Under the pieces are notes generated by a model, which saw nothing but the letters and a program-made list of their open reading frames with translations, was not told the DNA's origin and ran no database searches. Source: Hypanus sabinus (taxonomy: Eukaryota). From it: a stretch of DNA of 64,000 nt. The stretch covers positions 32,674,001 through 32,738,000 of the forward strand of contig NC_082728.1 in the NCBI RefSeq assembly GCF_030144855.1, written 5' to 3'. Positions 12,101 to 23,900 of the stretch are shown piece by piece (the first letter of the stretch is position 1; each line of letters starts with the position of its first letter). The position numbers and the translations under genes are program-made.

Positions 12101-14123
12101 AGAAGTCTGCTGGGTTGGCAGATGAGGTTGTTTCAGCCCGTAGGGTCGAGTTTACTCCGGAAGGGAGTTGCCCAGAGAGTAGCTGGGAGAATCAGGGGAA
12201 TTTAGAATTTGGACGGGTTACGGGTATTGAAAGCCTGAAAGAGGCAAATGTCCCATTTGAGTGTGTCCAAGATGTGGATGCACGTGGTACTGAATCTAGT
12301 AATGCAGCTCAGAAAAAGTCTGAGGTATTTCATTCAGTTGAAAAGGAATGCAGTCCTTGTGGGTCAGATGGACTTGGTTCAGTGAAGAAAGGGTTAACCT
12401 TGGTAATAGTGGGAAGAGAGAGTTCCCAGGTGTTTGTGCTCGAAGGTGTGTTAAAAGTTAATGCGGATATCAAAAGTGGGGAGATGAATATTATTGTTGA
12501 AGGAAACGGGAAGTATGTAGTTCCCAAATCGAATGAAGAAAATTTAAAGCCTGCGGATCGCTTACAGATTGAGTCGGAAGATGACGGGGGCACCCGTGCT
12601 ATTGTTATTCCAGAGTGTGGTGTGAAAAGGCAGAATTTGAAATGCTGCTTGAACAAAGAGTTCGAACTGAAAACTAATAGCCTGAAGGGTCCTGAAGAGA
12701 AAGCTAGCAACTTGTGTAAAATTAAAGAATTGGGTGGAAATTCAGAAGATGGTCTAAGTTTGGGACACTGTGTTGATAAAATAACTCCTATGAAAGAAGC
12801 GGGCGAGAGTTTATTTCGCCAAGGTACCCAAGCTTCCCACGTGGGAATTAACCGGAAAAGAGGCGACGGTTAATGGGGACGCCATTTTTAAATAGCAAAA
12901 GCCGGTTTTATGGGATTTTGACAAAGCATGTGAATAATAAAGACAACCCCATGGAAGCCTGCCTGTTAAGTTTGAAAGCAACAGAAAGATTAGTATTTGC
13001 ATGAACTTTTGTAGATACACGTAAGCTAAGATCACAACTCCTTAGTTTTTGTTTGCTGAAGGAAAGAAATAAAAATAGGTGATTATTAAATTGAAGTCTG
13101 ATGCTACAAGACTTTAGTAAGGTACAAGATGGTAAGATATTAAAGAAAGTGACACTGTAATCGTTAACTGTTTAGATGCTGAATTGAATGTATAACTGTA
13201 TTACTCTGTAGTGAAAAGGAAAAGCTTTTGTATTGTGTTAGATTCTAAAATCCTGTAAGACTCTGTACTACTTTGTTTTCACCGTTGGTGAAAACGCTTT
13301 GAAGAAAGGGGGTGTTATGAATGTATCACAGTTCTGAGGGGCCAAAGGGTTCGGGGTAGCCCCCTCCTTTGTGAGAATCGCAAGATCACTAATGATTTGG
13401 GTCAGGAGACCCAGGAAATGAGAGAGAGACGTGCGGAATGTCTTGACCCTCTTGGCGATATAAAGCTACGGGAAACGGCCATTGTCTCTTGGAGACGGAC
13501 TTGCGTATTGCAATACTGTGCCTCGTGGAAGCCCTCAGGCAAAGTGGGCTGGTTGAGGGAGGGATTGCCTCACCCCAACCTGATTGACATCTGAGACCCT
13601 GTGAGTCAGGATAAAAGAGGGTCTGTGGGAACAGCCCTTCAGACACACCAGAAGAAACGCTAGCAATCCCGTAATAGTGGAAGCTGGTGGGAGGAGGCCA
13701 CGTGCGTTCGGTTCCATTTGCCCCGGAACCGGTGGCTTTTACCACGGGTGAATGGCTTTTAGCTAACAACGGGGAACCCAACTCCCAATGACTATTGAAG
13801 GGTTGACATCCTAAAAGGACTGGGCAAGTTTTAACCCATCTTTCTCTCAAACCAAAATGCTGCAGCTTGAACGAACCAACAGTGACTTTTATATTTCCAT
13901 CGGACAATACGTTAATCCCTAGACAACGATAGAGATATTTCTTATTAATTATTATTATACCCGCGTTTTTAGATTTAGTATTGACGACGTATATTATCTG
14001 TATGTTTGCATTGATATTATTTTGTGTATTTTTATCAATAAATACCGTTAAAATAGTACCATCAGACTTCAATGGACCTCTCTATCTTTGCTGGTAAGTG
14101 ACCCAGTTACGGGGTTCATAACA
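9103..14123 (+). mobile_element. Non-autonomous LTR element B (Gmr1-like/SCAN-type gag plus protease, no RT or IN), nested in Gypsy A
   Basis: LTRs 9103-9902 and 13313-14123 ending GGGGTTC(G/A)TAACA. Degenerate tRNA-Pro-like PBS after 9902 and PPT at 13301-13312. 4-bp TSD ATAT/GTAT; the one mismatch is explicable by CpG decay. Confidence 0.92.
10016..12873 (+). pseudogene. Element B gag-protease-unknown domain reading frame
   Basis: Coiled-coil N-terminus; SCAN-type gag (PPFEETDVDSYFLLFEKVA...WP...YELVP...RQKFR); knuckle CFNCGKGGHIASRC; protease RDTGA. ORFs 10516, 10711, 11380, 11668 and 11959 share one frame, separated only by point stops. Confidence 0.85.
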
Positions 14124-14592
14124 GTATATTCCAGGCCCCTCACACATGCGTGAGGGATCACTGACGCCTCGTGGGCTGATACCTCCAGTTAGGCCGGAGC
14201 CAGCACAACCTCCATCTCCGGTGCAATCACCACCGGCACCTGTGCAATCACAGCCGGTGCTACGTAGATCGCAGCGACAGATTCGACCACCTGATAGACT
14301 TAACCTGTAAATATACTTGTAAGAAACTTCGCCACATGGGGACTCTTTTTAAAACAAAGGTGGGGGGGGCATGAATGTGATGAACTACATACACCTGTCT
14401 GGACATGCCCCCTGCTGACTGCTCCTGTGGGTCCTCCCACAGACCCCTGTATAAAGGCGATCAGAGCCTGGGCCCGGCCTCTCAGTCTCCAGGATGTAGT
14501 ATGGTGGTCACTCACTGCTTATGCCTTCTTCCAGTCAATAAAAGTCGATACCTCGCTTTTACGTCTCAGAGTGAGTTATTGATGGTGCATCA

Positions 14593-16303
14593 ATGTCCTG
14601 GGCAGAAACCACATGTGGTTTACACGGACCATTTGTGTTTCTGGGTAAAATGAAGGATAAGAATAGAAGGCTGCTTAACTAAAGTCTGATCTTGCAAGCC
14701 TATGACATGGAAATAAAGCACGTGAAAGGTACTGACAAAAGTATAGCAGACTGTTTGTCTAGATCAGTGGATCCCAACGTGGGGCATACGCCCCACAGGG
14801 GGGTAAGTTGATTTTTAAGGGGGGCAATTGGAGAATGAGTTAACAGTGAACTTTTTCCAGTAAGTCTGTGTGAGTATGAGTGTGTGTGTGAGTTAATAGA
14901 TATGTGTATATACAGTATGCATACATAAAAATACTTGTGTGTATGTACATGTGTAATTGCATATGTACTGTATATATAGTGTATCACCTTCATTACAACC
15001 ATCAAATGGCTTTCATAATTAAATTAATGAATTGACTGATGTAGGAAGGAACGAATGAACACGTCCAAATGCATAAGAAACTCGTACGAGGTCGCACCAA
15101 TGCTACTTTTTGCAGTAGCTTTCGGTTCTTGGTGGTGTGAAGGTGTGTACATTGTGTCATCTCTTTTAAACGGTGTATCTGTCTTTGTATGCTGTAGAAA
15201 CGAATCGGCATTGTTTTATTTATTTATTATTATTATTATTATTATTTTAATATCACTTAATGTTCTTTTTTTACAATTTCTTAGTAATTTCTTCCTCAGA
15301 ACTTTAACAGTCCTTTGGTTCTTTTATTTTTCTCTTTCATGAATGCCATGTTCTTTGGAAGCTTGTTTAAACCAAGTTAATGGTCTTTTAGGCTTCCTCC
15401 AGGTGAATAGTTCACTTTCTGAATAATAAGAATTATGTATCACCACAGGGGGCATCAGGATTTTAGAGGTGATTAGGTGGGGCATGGCCAAAAAAAGGTT
15501 GGGAACCACTGGTCTAGATGTTAAGTTTAAGTTTGTAATGGATTTGCTATGTTACCTGATAATTACACCTGTATTGCTTTAAGCTGTATAATTGATAATT
15601 AAGACAAAAATTTTGCTGTTTCATCAAATTTTTTCCTAAAAGGAGGTGTGATGAGATCTGAAGGATTATCCAAAAGTGGACTGTTCCTTTAAAAGAGAGA
15701 GAGAAGGAGTAAACAGCTTGTGTGCTAATTCAGCTGCAGGGAGAGAGAGAGAGAGAGAGAGAGAGAGTATGTGAGTTGCCTTGGAAACTAAAAGGCAGAG
15801 CTAATTGATGGACAGATGGCGCTCAGCATCTTTTTAGTCGACTTTTTAATCAGACACAGGACACGCCAGAGGCAAGGAGGTCACCGGTGAGTGTGTGCCC
15901 ACGACAAGGGTGATGTTTTTGCTCCGTGTGGACAAAGGAGTGACCGGTGGAATGCTATCGGTTTGTTCATCGCTGGCGTCGGTTGATCGCGTAACTGTGG
16001 AAATGGTCCCCTTCGGTGGTCACAAGTTGGTGACTTTTAAATAGGTTTCAGGAGCAGGAGGACGATGTGAAGGATCGGCATCGGCATTGGGAGGACAAAC
16101 CAACTCCCTATCTCTCTCTCTCCAACCAAATTCCAGAACTGAACTGATTACTTACCATACCACCGTAAGACTGAATTACCCAATCACCTGAGCTGGGGAA
16201 GCTTGGCAACCTTATTTACTCACCTATATATATTTGCATATACTCTGCTCCAGGTGTGTCCATTTCTGCTAGTTCTTTTTAACTTGTTATGGGGTACATA
16301 ACA
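14593..16303 (+). mobile_element. 3' remnant of a Gmr1-like Gypsy (end of RNase H, 3' UTR, PPT, 3' LTR 15647-16303); also includes about 4010-4052
   Basis: Joining across the TSDs reads LQYFDVYICPGQKPHVVYTDH...KNRRLL...LILQAYDMEIKHVKG...ADCLSRC*. RNase H at the pol C-terminus is the Gmr1 arrangement. The LTR runs TGTGATG...CATAACA. Confidence 0.8.
14765..15511. mobile_element. hAT-Charlie MITE
   Basis: TIRs CAGTGGATCCCAAC / GTTGGGAACCACTG. Perfect 8-bp TSD GTCTAGAT at 14757-14764 and 15512-15519. Non-coding interior with (TG)n and (ATT)n. Confidence 0.93.
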
Positions 16304-18057
16304 ACCCTCACTTGGGAAGTCGGGTCTATGGTAAAAGAGGCCCAATGGGATGATCCTGACACTGGCAACGGACCCGCCGATCACCTGTTTGTGCCTGATT
16401 CCATCAGGTCTCAGGCCCTCCAGTGGGGGCACATGTCTCTGTTCACCTGCCACCCCAGGAGTGATCAGACACTGTCTCTCCTGAAGAGACACTTTTGGTG
16501 GCCTTCTTTGGATGCAGATACCCGTTCCTGTGTCTCTGCATGTTTAGTCTGTGCCCACAGCAAACCTCCCACCGGCCACCTGCTGGATTACTTCGTCCCC
16601 TACTTGTCCTTAGTCATCCTTGGTCCCACATAGCCCTAGATTTTGTCACGGGGCTACCCTCTTCACACGGAAACACCACCGTACTCACCATGGTGGATCG
16701 ATTCTCCAAGACAGTGCACTTTGTAGCTCTCTCTAAACTCCTTCAGCTCGGGAGACCACAGACCTTCTTATCCACCACGTCCTCCACCTCCACGGAATTG
16801 CTGCAGATATCATCTCCGATCGGGGTCCCTAATTCGTCTCGCAGGTATGGAAGGCCCTCTGGGTGCCTCTGTTAACCTATCATCCGGCTTCCACCCACAG
16901 ACAAATGGGCAAACAGAATGGGTCAACCAGGATTTGGAGGCGGCGCTACGTTGCATAACAACCAACAACCCGTCTACCTGGAGTGACTACCTCATGTGGG
17001 TAGGGTACACCCACAACTCTCTGGTTAGTACTGCAACCGGAAGAGCTCCTTTTGAATGCTCCCTTGGGTACCAAACCCTGCTGTTTCCCACTCAAGAAGA
17101 GGAGATTATGGTGCTATCTGTCCAGGCCCATATCGACTAATGTCGTAAGGTTTGGGAGGACACACACACGGCCCTGCTCCGAAACTGATCATAACCGGAG
17201 GATTGCAGATCGCAATTAGACTCCTGCACCTGAGTATCAAACTGGGCAGAAGGTGTGGCTCTCGTCTAAGGACATTCCTCTGTAGAATGAGCCTAAAAAA
17301 CTCTCCCCTCGCTTCCTGGGACCTTTCGAGGTCAAAAGTATAATCAACTCCACAGCAGTCCAACTTAAACTACCTAAATCTATGCATATCCTCCCTACAT
17401 TTCACATTTCCCAATTAAAACCCTTTTCCGTCAGCCCCTTGTGTCCTCCGACTGAACCCCGTCCACCTGCCGTACACAGTCCGGCGGCTACTAGATGCGC
17501 ACCAATGGGGCAGGGGCCTCCAATACCTGGTTGACTGGGAAGGATACAGCCCAGAGAAATGTTCCTGGGTTCCCCACTCCTTCATCCTGGAACCTCCTCT
17601 CATCCATGACTTCCTTCAGGACCATCCAGACCAGCCTGCAGGTTCGCCTGGAGGCTCCCGTTGGGGAGGAGGGGGTGTTGTCATGGTCCCATCTGGCTAT
17701 CCCCCATCTCACTCCTACCTCCTTGATGGTGCCTTAACTCCCGTTGTCTGATTCCCATTTGTTGCTAGTTCAATTAATTACAGCACAGCTGGTTCCCATT
17801 AGAGAATATAGGATAAGAACGCTGGCAGCCCAGTCATGGGTCGCCAGTTCATTGATCTATTCTAGTGTGTGTAAACCTTGTTTCCTGATCCCTTAGGACT
17901 GTTGGTTCTAAGCTCTGCTCCATTCCCTGGACATGTCTTCTAGTCAAGATTCCCCTGTTTATCTGTTCCATGTTCGCGACTGTGCTGGTGCCTCTCAAAC
18001 CTGCCTCTGTGCCTGTGGCCTGCACTTGGATTCGTCCCCAGTCACTCCCTTGCAACA
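16304..18057 (+). mobile_element. 3' half of a chromoviral Gypsy (integrase, chromodomain, PPT, 3' LTR about 17676-18057)
   Basis: Frameshifted integrase motifs [11 protein letters not shown]...MVDRFSK and FHPQTNGQTE. Chromodomain-like [14 protein letters not shown]. Purine tract before about 17676. Confidence 0.85.
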
Positions 18058-18565
18058 GAGATGGGATGTTATGTTGAAGTTGTATAACATGATGGTGAGG
18101 CCTAATTTGGAGTATTGTGTGTAGTTTTGGTCACCTGCCTACAGGAAAGATGAAACAAGTTTGAAAGAGTACAGAGAAAATTCACAAGGATTTTGACGGG
18201 TCTGGAGCACTTGAGTTTAAGGAAAGGTTGAATAGGTTAGGACTGTATTCTTTAGAACATAGAAGGTTGAGAGGAGATTTGATGGAGGTGTATAGATACG
18301 GTAAACGCAAGCAGACTTTTTCCACAGTGGTTGGGTGGGACTACAACAGAGATCGTGGGTTAAGGGTGAGAGTATGGAATGAGCTGCCAGCACAAGTTGT
18401 GCATGAGAGATCTTTGACAACACTTAAGAGAAGTTTGGATAAGTACATCGATAGTATGGGTATGGAGGGCTACAGTCCCTGTACAGGTCGATGGGAGTAG
18501 GCAGTTTAACTGTTTTCAGCATGGTCTAGATGGGTTAAAGGGTTGCTCCTGTGGTGTACTCTATG
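18058..18565 (+). mobile_element. CR1 LINE 3' fragment
   Basis: WDVMLKLY..MVRPNLEYCV and RLGLYSLEHRRLRGDL, followed by a CR1-type 3' UTR. Confidence 0.85.
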
Positions 18566-19287
18566 ATGCTATCATTTTATAACTCTTAATGAATGAAACC
18601 TAAGTTGAGAAAGTAGGTGAAATTCCTTTTGTTTATTTGTGACACTGTGCTGCTAGATTGGGACAGCAGGCTGTTGCCGAACAGCTTCTAACTTTGTCTC
18701 CATTTTTTTGGACTGACATGGTTGTTAGGCATGACACTGCTCCGAATGATTATTTTTAAATAACTTTTTTTTGTATATGTTTGTGTTCATAAAGCAGTGA
18801 CCGGCTGCTCTATGACTTCTCAAATCTATCACTTTGGACTTGACAGGTTTAAATTCAACCACCCAATACCCCATCCAACTCTATCTGATTTAAATCCTGC
18901 TCTAGTCCTAGGCAATCTTCCTCACTGTCCACACTACCAGTTTCTGAATTTACAATTTAGAATGATTAGTCAGATTGCATTTATTCTGACTAATCAGGCT
19001 GTATATTCTCAACCCACATTCAAATTACTGACAGACATTAAAAGCAAGAATGTCCTAGTGCCAATCCTTATTTAATCCATGAGCAACAACCTTTGAAAAG
19101 AATACTTCCACCACTAATATCTCCTTCAATCTCCAAGCCAATGTTGGATTCAATTAACCAGCCTGCCATAGAACTCACACACCTTAAGTTCTAAACTTGT
19201 CATTTTGTTCAGATATGGCCCAAGTGCGGAGAGAGAGGGAGACACTGAAGCAGATGGATAGTTCACAGACTTTAATGTGAACAGGGG

Positions 19288-20925
19288 TAGTGGGAAGTTA
19301 GAGGATTGGCAAGTTTTTAAACACCTACAGAAAGCAACTAAAAAGCCACTAAAAAGGTAAATATGGAATATAAAAGTAACCTAACCAACAATATTAAAGC
19401 GGATACCAAAAGTTTTTTCAAATACGTAAAGTATAAAAGAGAGGTGAGAGTGGATATCGAACCACTGGAAAACGATGCTGAAGAGTTAGTATTGGGGTAC
19501 AACAAAAAGCAGATGAAATGGTTCCAGAAGACTGGAAAATTGAAAATGTCACTCCTTTCTTCAAAAAGGGAGAGAGGCAGAAGAAAGGAAACCTTGGGCC
19601 AGTTAGTCTGACCTCAGCGTTTGGAAAGGTGTAGGAGTTGATCAGTAAGGATGATGTCTCAGGGTTCTTGGATACAATAGGCCATAGTCAGCATGGTTTC
19701 CTTAAGGGAAAACTTTGCCTGACAAGTCTGTTGGAATTCTTTGAAGAAATAAAAAAACACGTTAGGCAAAAGAGAATCAGTTGATGTTGTGCACTTGGAT
19801 TTTCAGAAGGCCTTTGACAAGGTGCCACGCATGAGGCTGAAGAACAGGCTTTGAGCAGATGGCTTTACAGGAAAGATTCTATCATGGATAAAGCAGTGGC
19901 TAATTGGCAGTGGTAAGAAATGGAAGCTGTTTTGCTTGGCTGCCGGTATCCAGTGGTGTTCCACAGGGGTCTGAGTTGGGACTGAATCTTTTTATGTTTT
20001 ATGTCAATGATTTGGATGATAGAATTGCTGTCTTTCCTGCAAAGTTTGCAGGTAACATGAAGATAGCTGGAGGGCTAAGTAGTTTTGAGGAAGTAGAGAT
20101 GCTACAGAAGGACTTAGACAGATTAGGAGAATGGGCAAAAAAATGGCAGATGGAATACAGTGTTGGGAAGTGTATGGTCATGCACTTTGGTAGAAGAAAT
20201 GAAAGGCTTGACTATTTTCTAAATGGAGAGAAAATACAAAAAACTGAGGTGCAAAGGGACTTGTGAGTACTTGTGCAGGATTCCCTAAAGGTTAACTTTT
20301 GGTGAGGAAGGCAAATGTGATGTTTGCATTCATTTCAAGAGGTCTAGAATATAAAAGCAAGGATGTAACGTTAAAACTTTATTAAGTGCTGGTGAGGCCT
20401 CATGGCGTGTGACCAGAGAGGGTTCAAAGGAGGTTCATGAAAATGATTCCAGGATTGAATGGCTTGTCGTATGGAGAACGTCTGATGGCTCTGTGCTGAT
20501 AATCACTAGAATTCAGAAGAATGAGGGGAAAATTCATTGAAACTCATCGAATGGTGAAAGGCCTTGACAGAGTGGATAAGAAGAGGATGCTTCCTCTGGT
20601 GGGAGAGTTAAGACCTGCGGACACAGTGTCTGAATCGAGGGGTGTCCTTTTAGAATGGAAATGAGGAGGAATTCCTTGAGCCAGCGGGTGGTGGATCTGA
20701 GAAATTCTTTGCCACAGAGAGCTGTGAAGGCCAAATTTTCATGTATATTTAAGGCAGAGGTTTATAGATTCTGGATGGTCAGGGCATGAAGGGATATGAG
20801 GAGAAGGTAGAGATTAGGGCTGAGAGGAAAACTGAATTGGCTATAATGAAATGGTAGAGCAGACTCAATGGGCCAAATGGCCTAATTCTGCTCCGATATC
20901 TAATGGTCTTATGATCTTGTGCTCT
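19288..20925 (+). mobile_element. 5'-truncated CR1 LINE inside the 3' LTR of the minus-strand Gypsy
   Basis: KSFFKYVK linker; RT motifs DFQKAFDKVPH, SGVPQGSELG and KFAGN; CR1 3' end near 20920. Confidence 0.9.
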
Positions 20926-23900
20926 CAAAACTAAATGCCACAAATTAAACAAATATTGCTAGTCTTCAGCATTATTTGACACAACAGTCCATTTTCTCAG
21001 GCAAGGCCAAAGGCTTTCCTCGAATGTCGACAAGTGCTACAATGAAAAGGAGGAAGTTAAATACCGCCTTAATGAAATAATAATTAGCCGACATGTGCAT
21101 ATTCACGAGTTCAATTCTGCTGCATTACCAAGTCTGTGGTTGTGACACCACCCCCACCCCCCACTTCACAGCTCCTGAGCCCGTTGGAGGTCTTGGATAT
21201 GTGACTTGTCCAAGGTGACCTTCACAAGAATCTAAAAACATTCGTCAGGACCGCAACCTTCCCAATCCACAAGGTGGACCTTACCACATACTCAGTGAGC
21301 TGTCAGGTGGTGCAGTACAGTATAAACCAGAGAACCATTTACGAAGTGGGGAGGAGGGGGAGGTGGGATGACTCAGGCCAGGTCTGAGGTAGTTACTGGC
21401 TTGAGCTGGGAAACATGGTATACCGGGTGAATCTTTAAAGATGCTGGTAGACTTAATCTATATGAGACCTTATTGATAGCCTTTCCTGCTCCAAATAGTC
21501 CCACGTGGCATGGAGCCAATTTGCGGCTCTCAGCTTTTGGGGAAGAGACCTTGATGCCAACTGGACCTCCTCTCCTGACTTAAATGGCCTTACTTGTTGG
21601 CAGACCCAATCAGCCTGGCAGGTCTGTTGTTTCTGGGCGCGCAGCAGAGAAGCCCTGGCTCGTCTCCAGGTGCGCTTGCAGCACTGGATCAGCTGTTCAG
21701 CAGCGGGACCTCTTACACCGATCTCCTGCTCATGGAAGAGCGGTGGCTTGAATCCCTTCTGGAATTCAAATGGGACATACCAGTGGAAGGACAACTCTAG
21801 GTAGTCGTGAGTGATCTCTGTCCAAAACAATTGGGAGCCTCAGAATGTGGGGTTGGAGGACGCTAGGCAACGCATAGTTTTCTTCAACTCCTGGCTCACG
21901 TTCTTAGTCTGGCCATTGGATGGCGGGTGGAAGTCGGACAAGAAGCTGGCCATTGCTCCTACAAGAGAGCAGAAAGCCTTTCTAAAGCAAGAAGTAAATT
22001 GTGGTCCATAAGCAGACATTATGTCTTGAGGGAAGCCGTGGAGCCTGGACACATGCTGCACCATGAGGGTGGCAGTCTCACCAGCTGATGGGAGCTTAGG
22101 GAGAGCAATGAAATGGGCAGCCTGAGAAAATTGATCCGCAGTGACCAAAATGGTTGTCAGGGCAAATGAAATATGGATATTGTCAGGAATTCACAACAAC
22201 ACTCAGATTCAGGTATTTGATTGTCTTTTATTTTCATTTCCATGTCAGAATCATCTCTCAGAGAGCAGTGATTCTGAATTATAATTCATAATGCTTCATT
22301 TGAAGACAGCTACAGGCTTCAAGTCAAGGTTTCCTGATAAGGTAAACAAATGTAGCAATCCAAGCATTTGTGAGACTAAATAGAAGTAGCTTTACACAAC
22401 AAGCCCTGCAGCTCCAGAAGGATGGTTAGCAATTAGCTCAGTGTCTTACTGGTAGGTTTTAAGAATACTTTGGTTTTTAACACTCCCAATCACTCCCTTT
22501 TATCTTATTGACATTTTCTGTTTCTTTCTACTAGAACATTCAGCAATCACATGTTATCATTAATGCTCTAAATTCCCTCGCAGTTCCCTCCTTTTTGATC
22601 TCCCTGATCAAGTTCTCCCTCTGCCAGGAGAGAAGTGAGGATGAAATTAAAGCGGATGAACAAGAGAGCCCACTAGGCTTGATGAGTGTGGGGTCCCTTT
22701 GAGTCCTGAATGTAGGAGAGGTTCTCGTGACCTATGCAGACCAAAAAAGGATGCCCTGTCCCTCTAGCCCATGTCGCCAATCCTCCAGGGCCTCCTTGAG
22801 AGCCGGAGTTTCCCAGTTCCCAACATTGTAGTTCCTCTTGGCTGGAGTCAAGTGAAGGGAAAGAAAGACACAAGGGTGCAGCCGGCTATCCGTAGAAGAC
22901 TGCTGAGAGAGGACAGCTGATATAGGAAACAACCACCTCAACTAGGAATGGCTGCGATATGCCTGGGGCTTGCAGCACCGGAAAAGTGGTGAAATGCCAC
23001 TTTAACCCTAAAGGTGCCTGGTCAGTGTTGCCTGTTCATTGGAATCCTGCCTAGATCTTCCTGCTGAGTGTATTTATGGGAGCTGTGATAGAGCCAAAAT
23101 TCCAGATGAAGCGGTGATAAAAGTTCGCAAACCCCATGAAGTGCCGTACCTGTTTGACTGAAGATGGTTTGGGCCACTCTGCAACTGCCTGAACTTCACA
23201 AGGGTCCAGTTGATCACTGGACAGGGTAAGCATATAGCCAAAAACACCACACCTGGTCTTTCTGGAACTGACATTTCTCGGGCTTGGCGTACAGGTTATT
23301 TCTGAGGCATTGTCTGAGAGCCCTCTGGACATACTGAACATGTTGCTGACGAGAGAGGGAATAGATAAGTGTGTTGTCTAAATATGCAAAAACAAACTGG
23401 TTCAACATGTCCCTGAGCACATAATTAACTAAGGGTTGGAGAACAGTTGCCCAGACCGAAGGGTATCACAAGGTACTCACAGTGGTCATTAATGGTGTTG
23501 AAAGCTGTCTTCCACTCATCCCCTTCTCTCATATGAACCAGATTTTAAGCACTGCACAGAACAATTTAGGAAAATATGGTTGCTGCCCAGAGATGTTTGA
23601 ACTCAGAAGCCAGCAGGGGTAGAGGGTAGCGGTTCTTCGCAGTGATGTTGTTCAGGGGCAAATAATCGATGCAGGGACAGAGCTTGCCATCTGTCTTGCT
23701 CACAAAAGAGAAGCCTGCTCCTGCCAGGGAGGTTGACGGACGGATAAATCCCATGCTCAGTGCCTCATTGATGTATTCCTCCATGGCCACTGTTTCAGGA
23801 CGAGAGAGGGAAGAGAGCCAGCCTTGGGGAGGATTAGTGCCAAGTATGAGGGCTATGCCACAATCATATAGCCTGAGTCAGGGCAGGGAGGTGGTCTTCC

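Larger units (their letters stand above)
4053..14592 (+). mobile_element. Full-length Gypsy LTR retrotransposon (element A), inactive, carrying two nested insertions
   Basis: 217-bp LTRs at 4053-4269 and 14376-14592 (TG...CA, TATAAA, AATAAA). 5-bp TSD ATGTC at 4048-4052 and 14593-14597. Polypurine tract before 14376. gag-PR-RT-RH-IN domain order. Confidence 0.95.
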
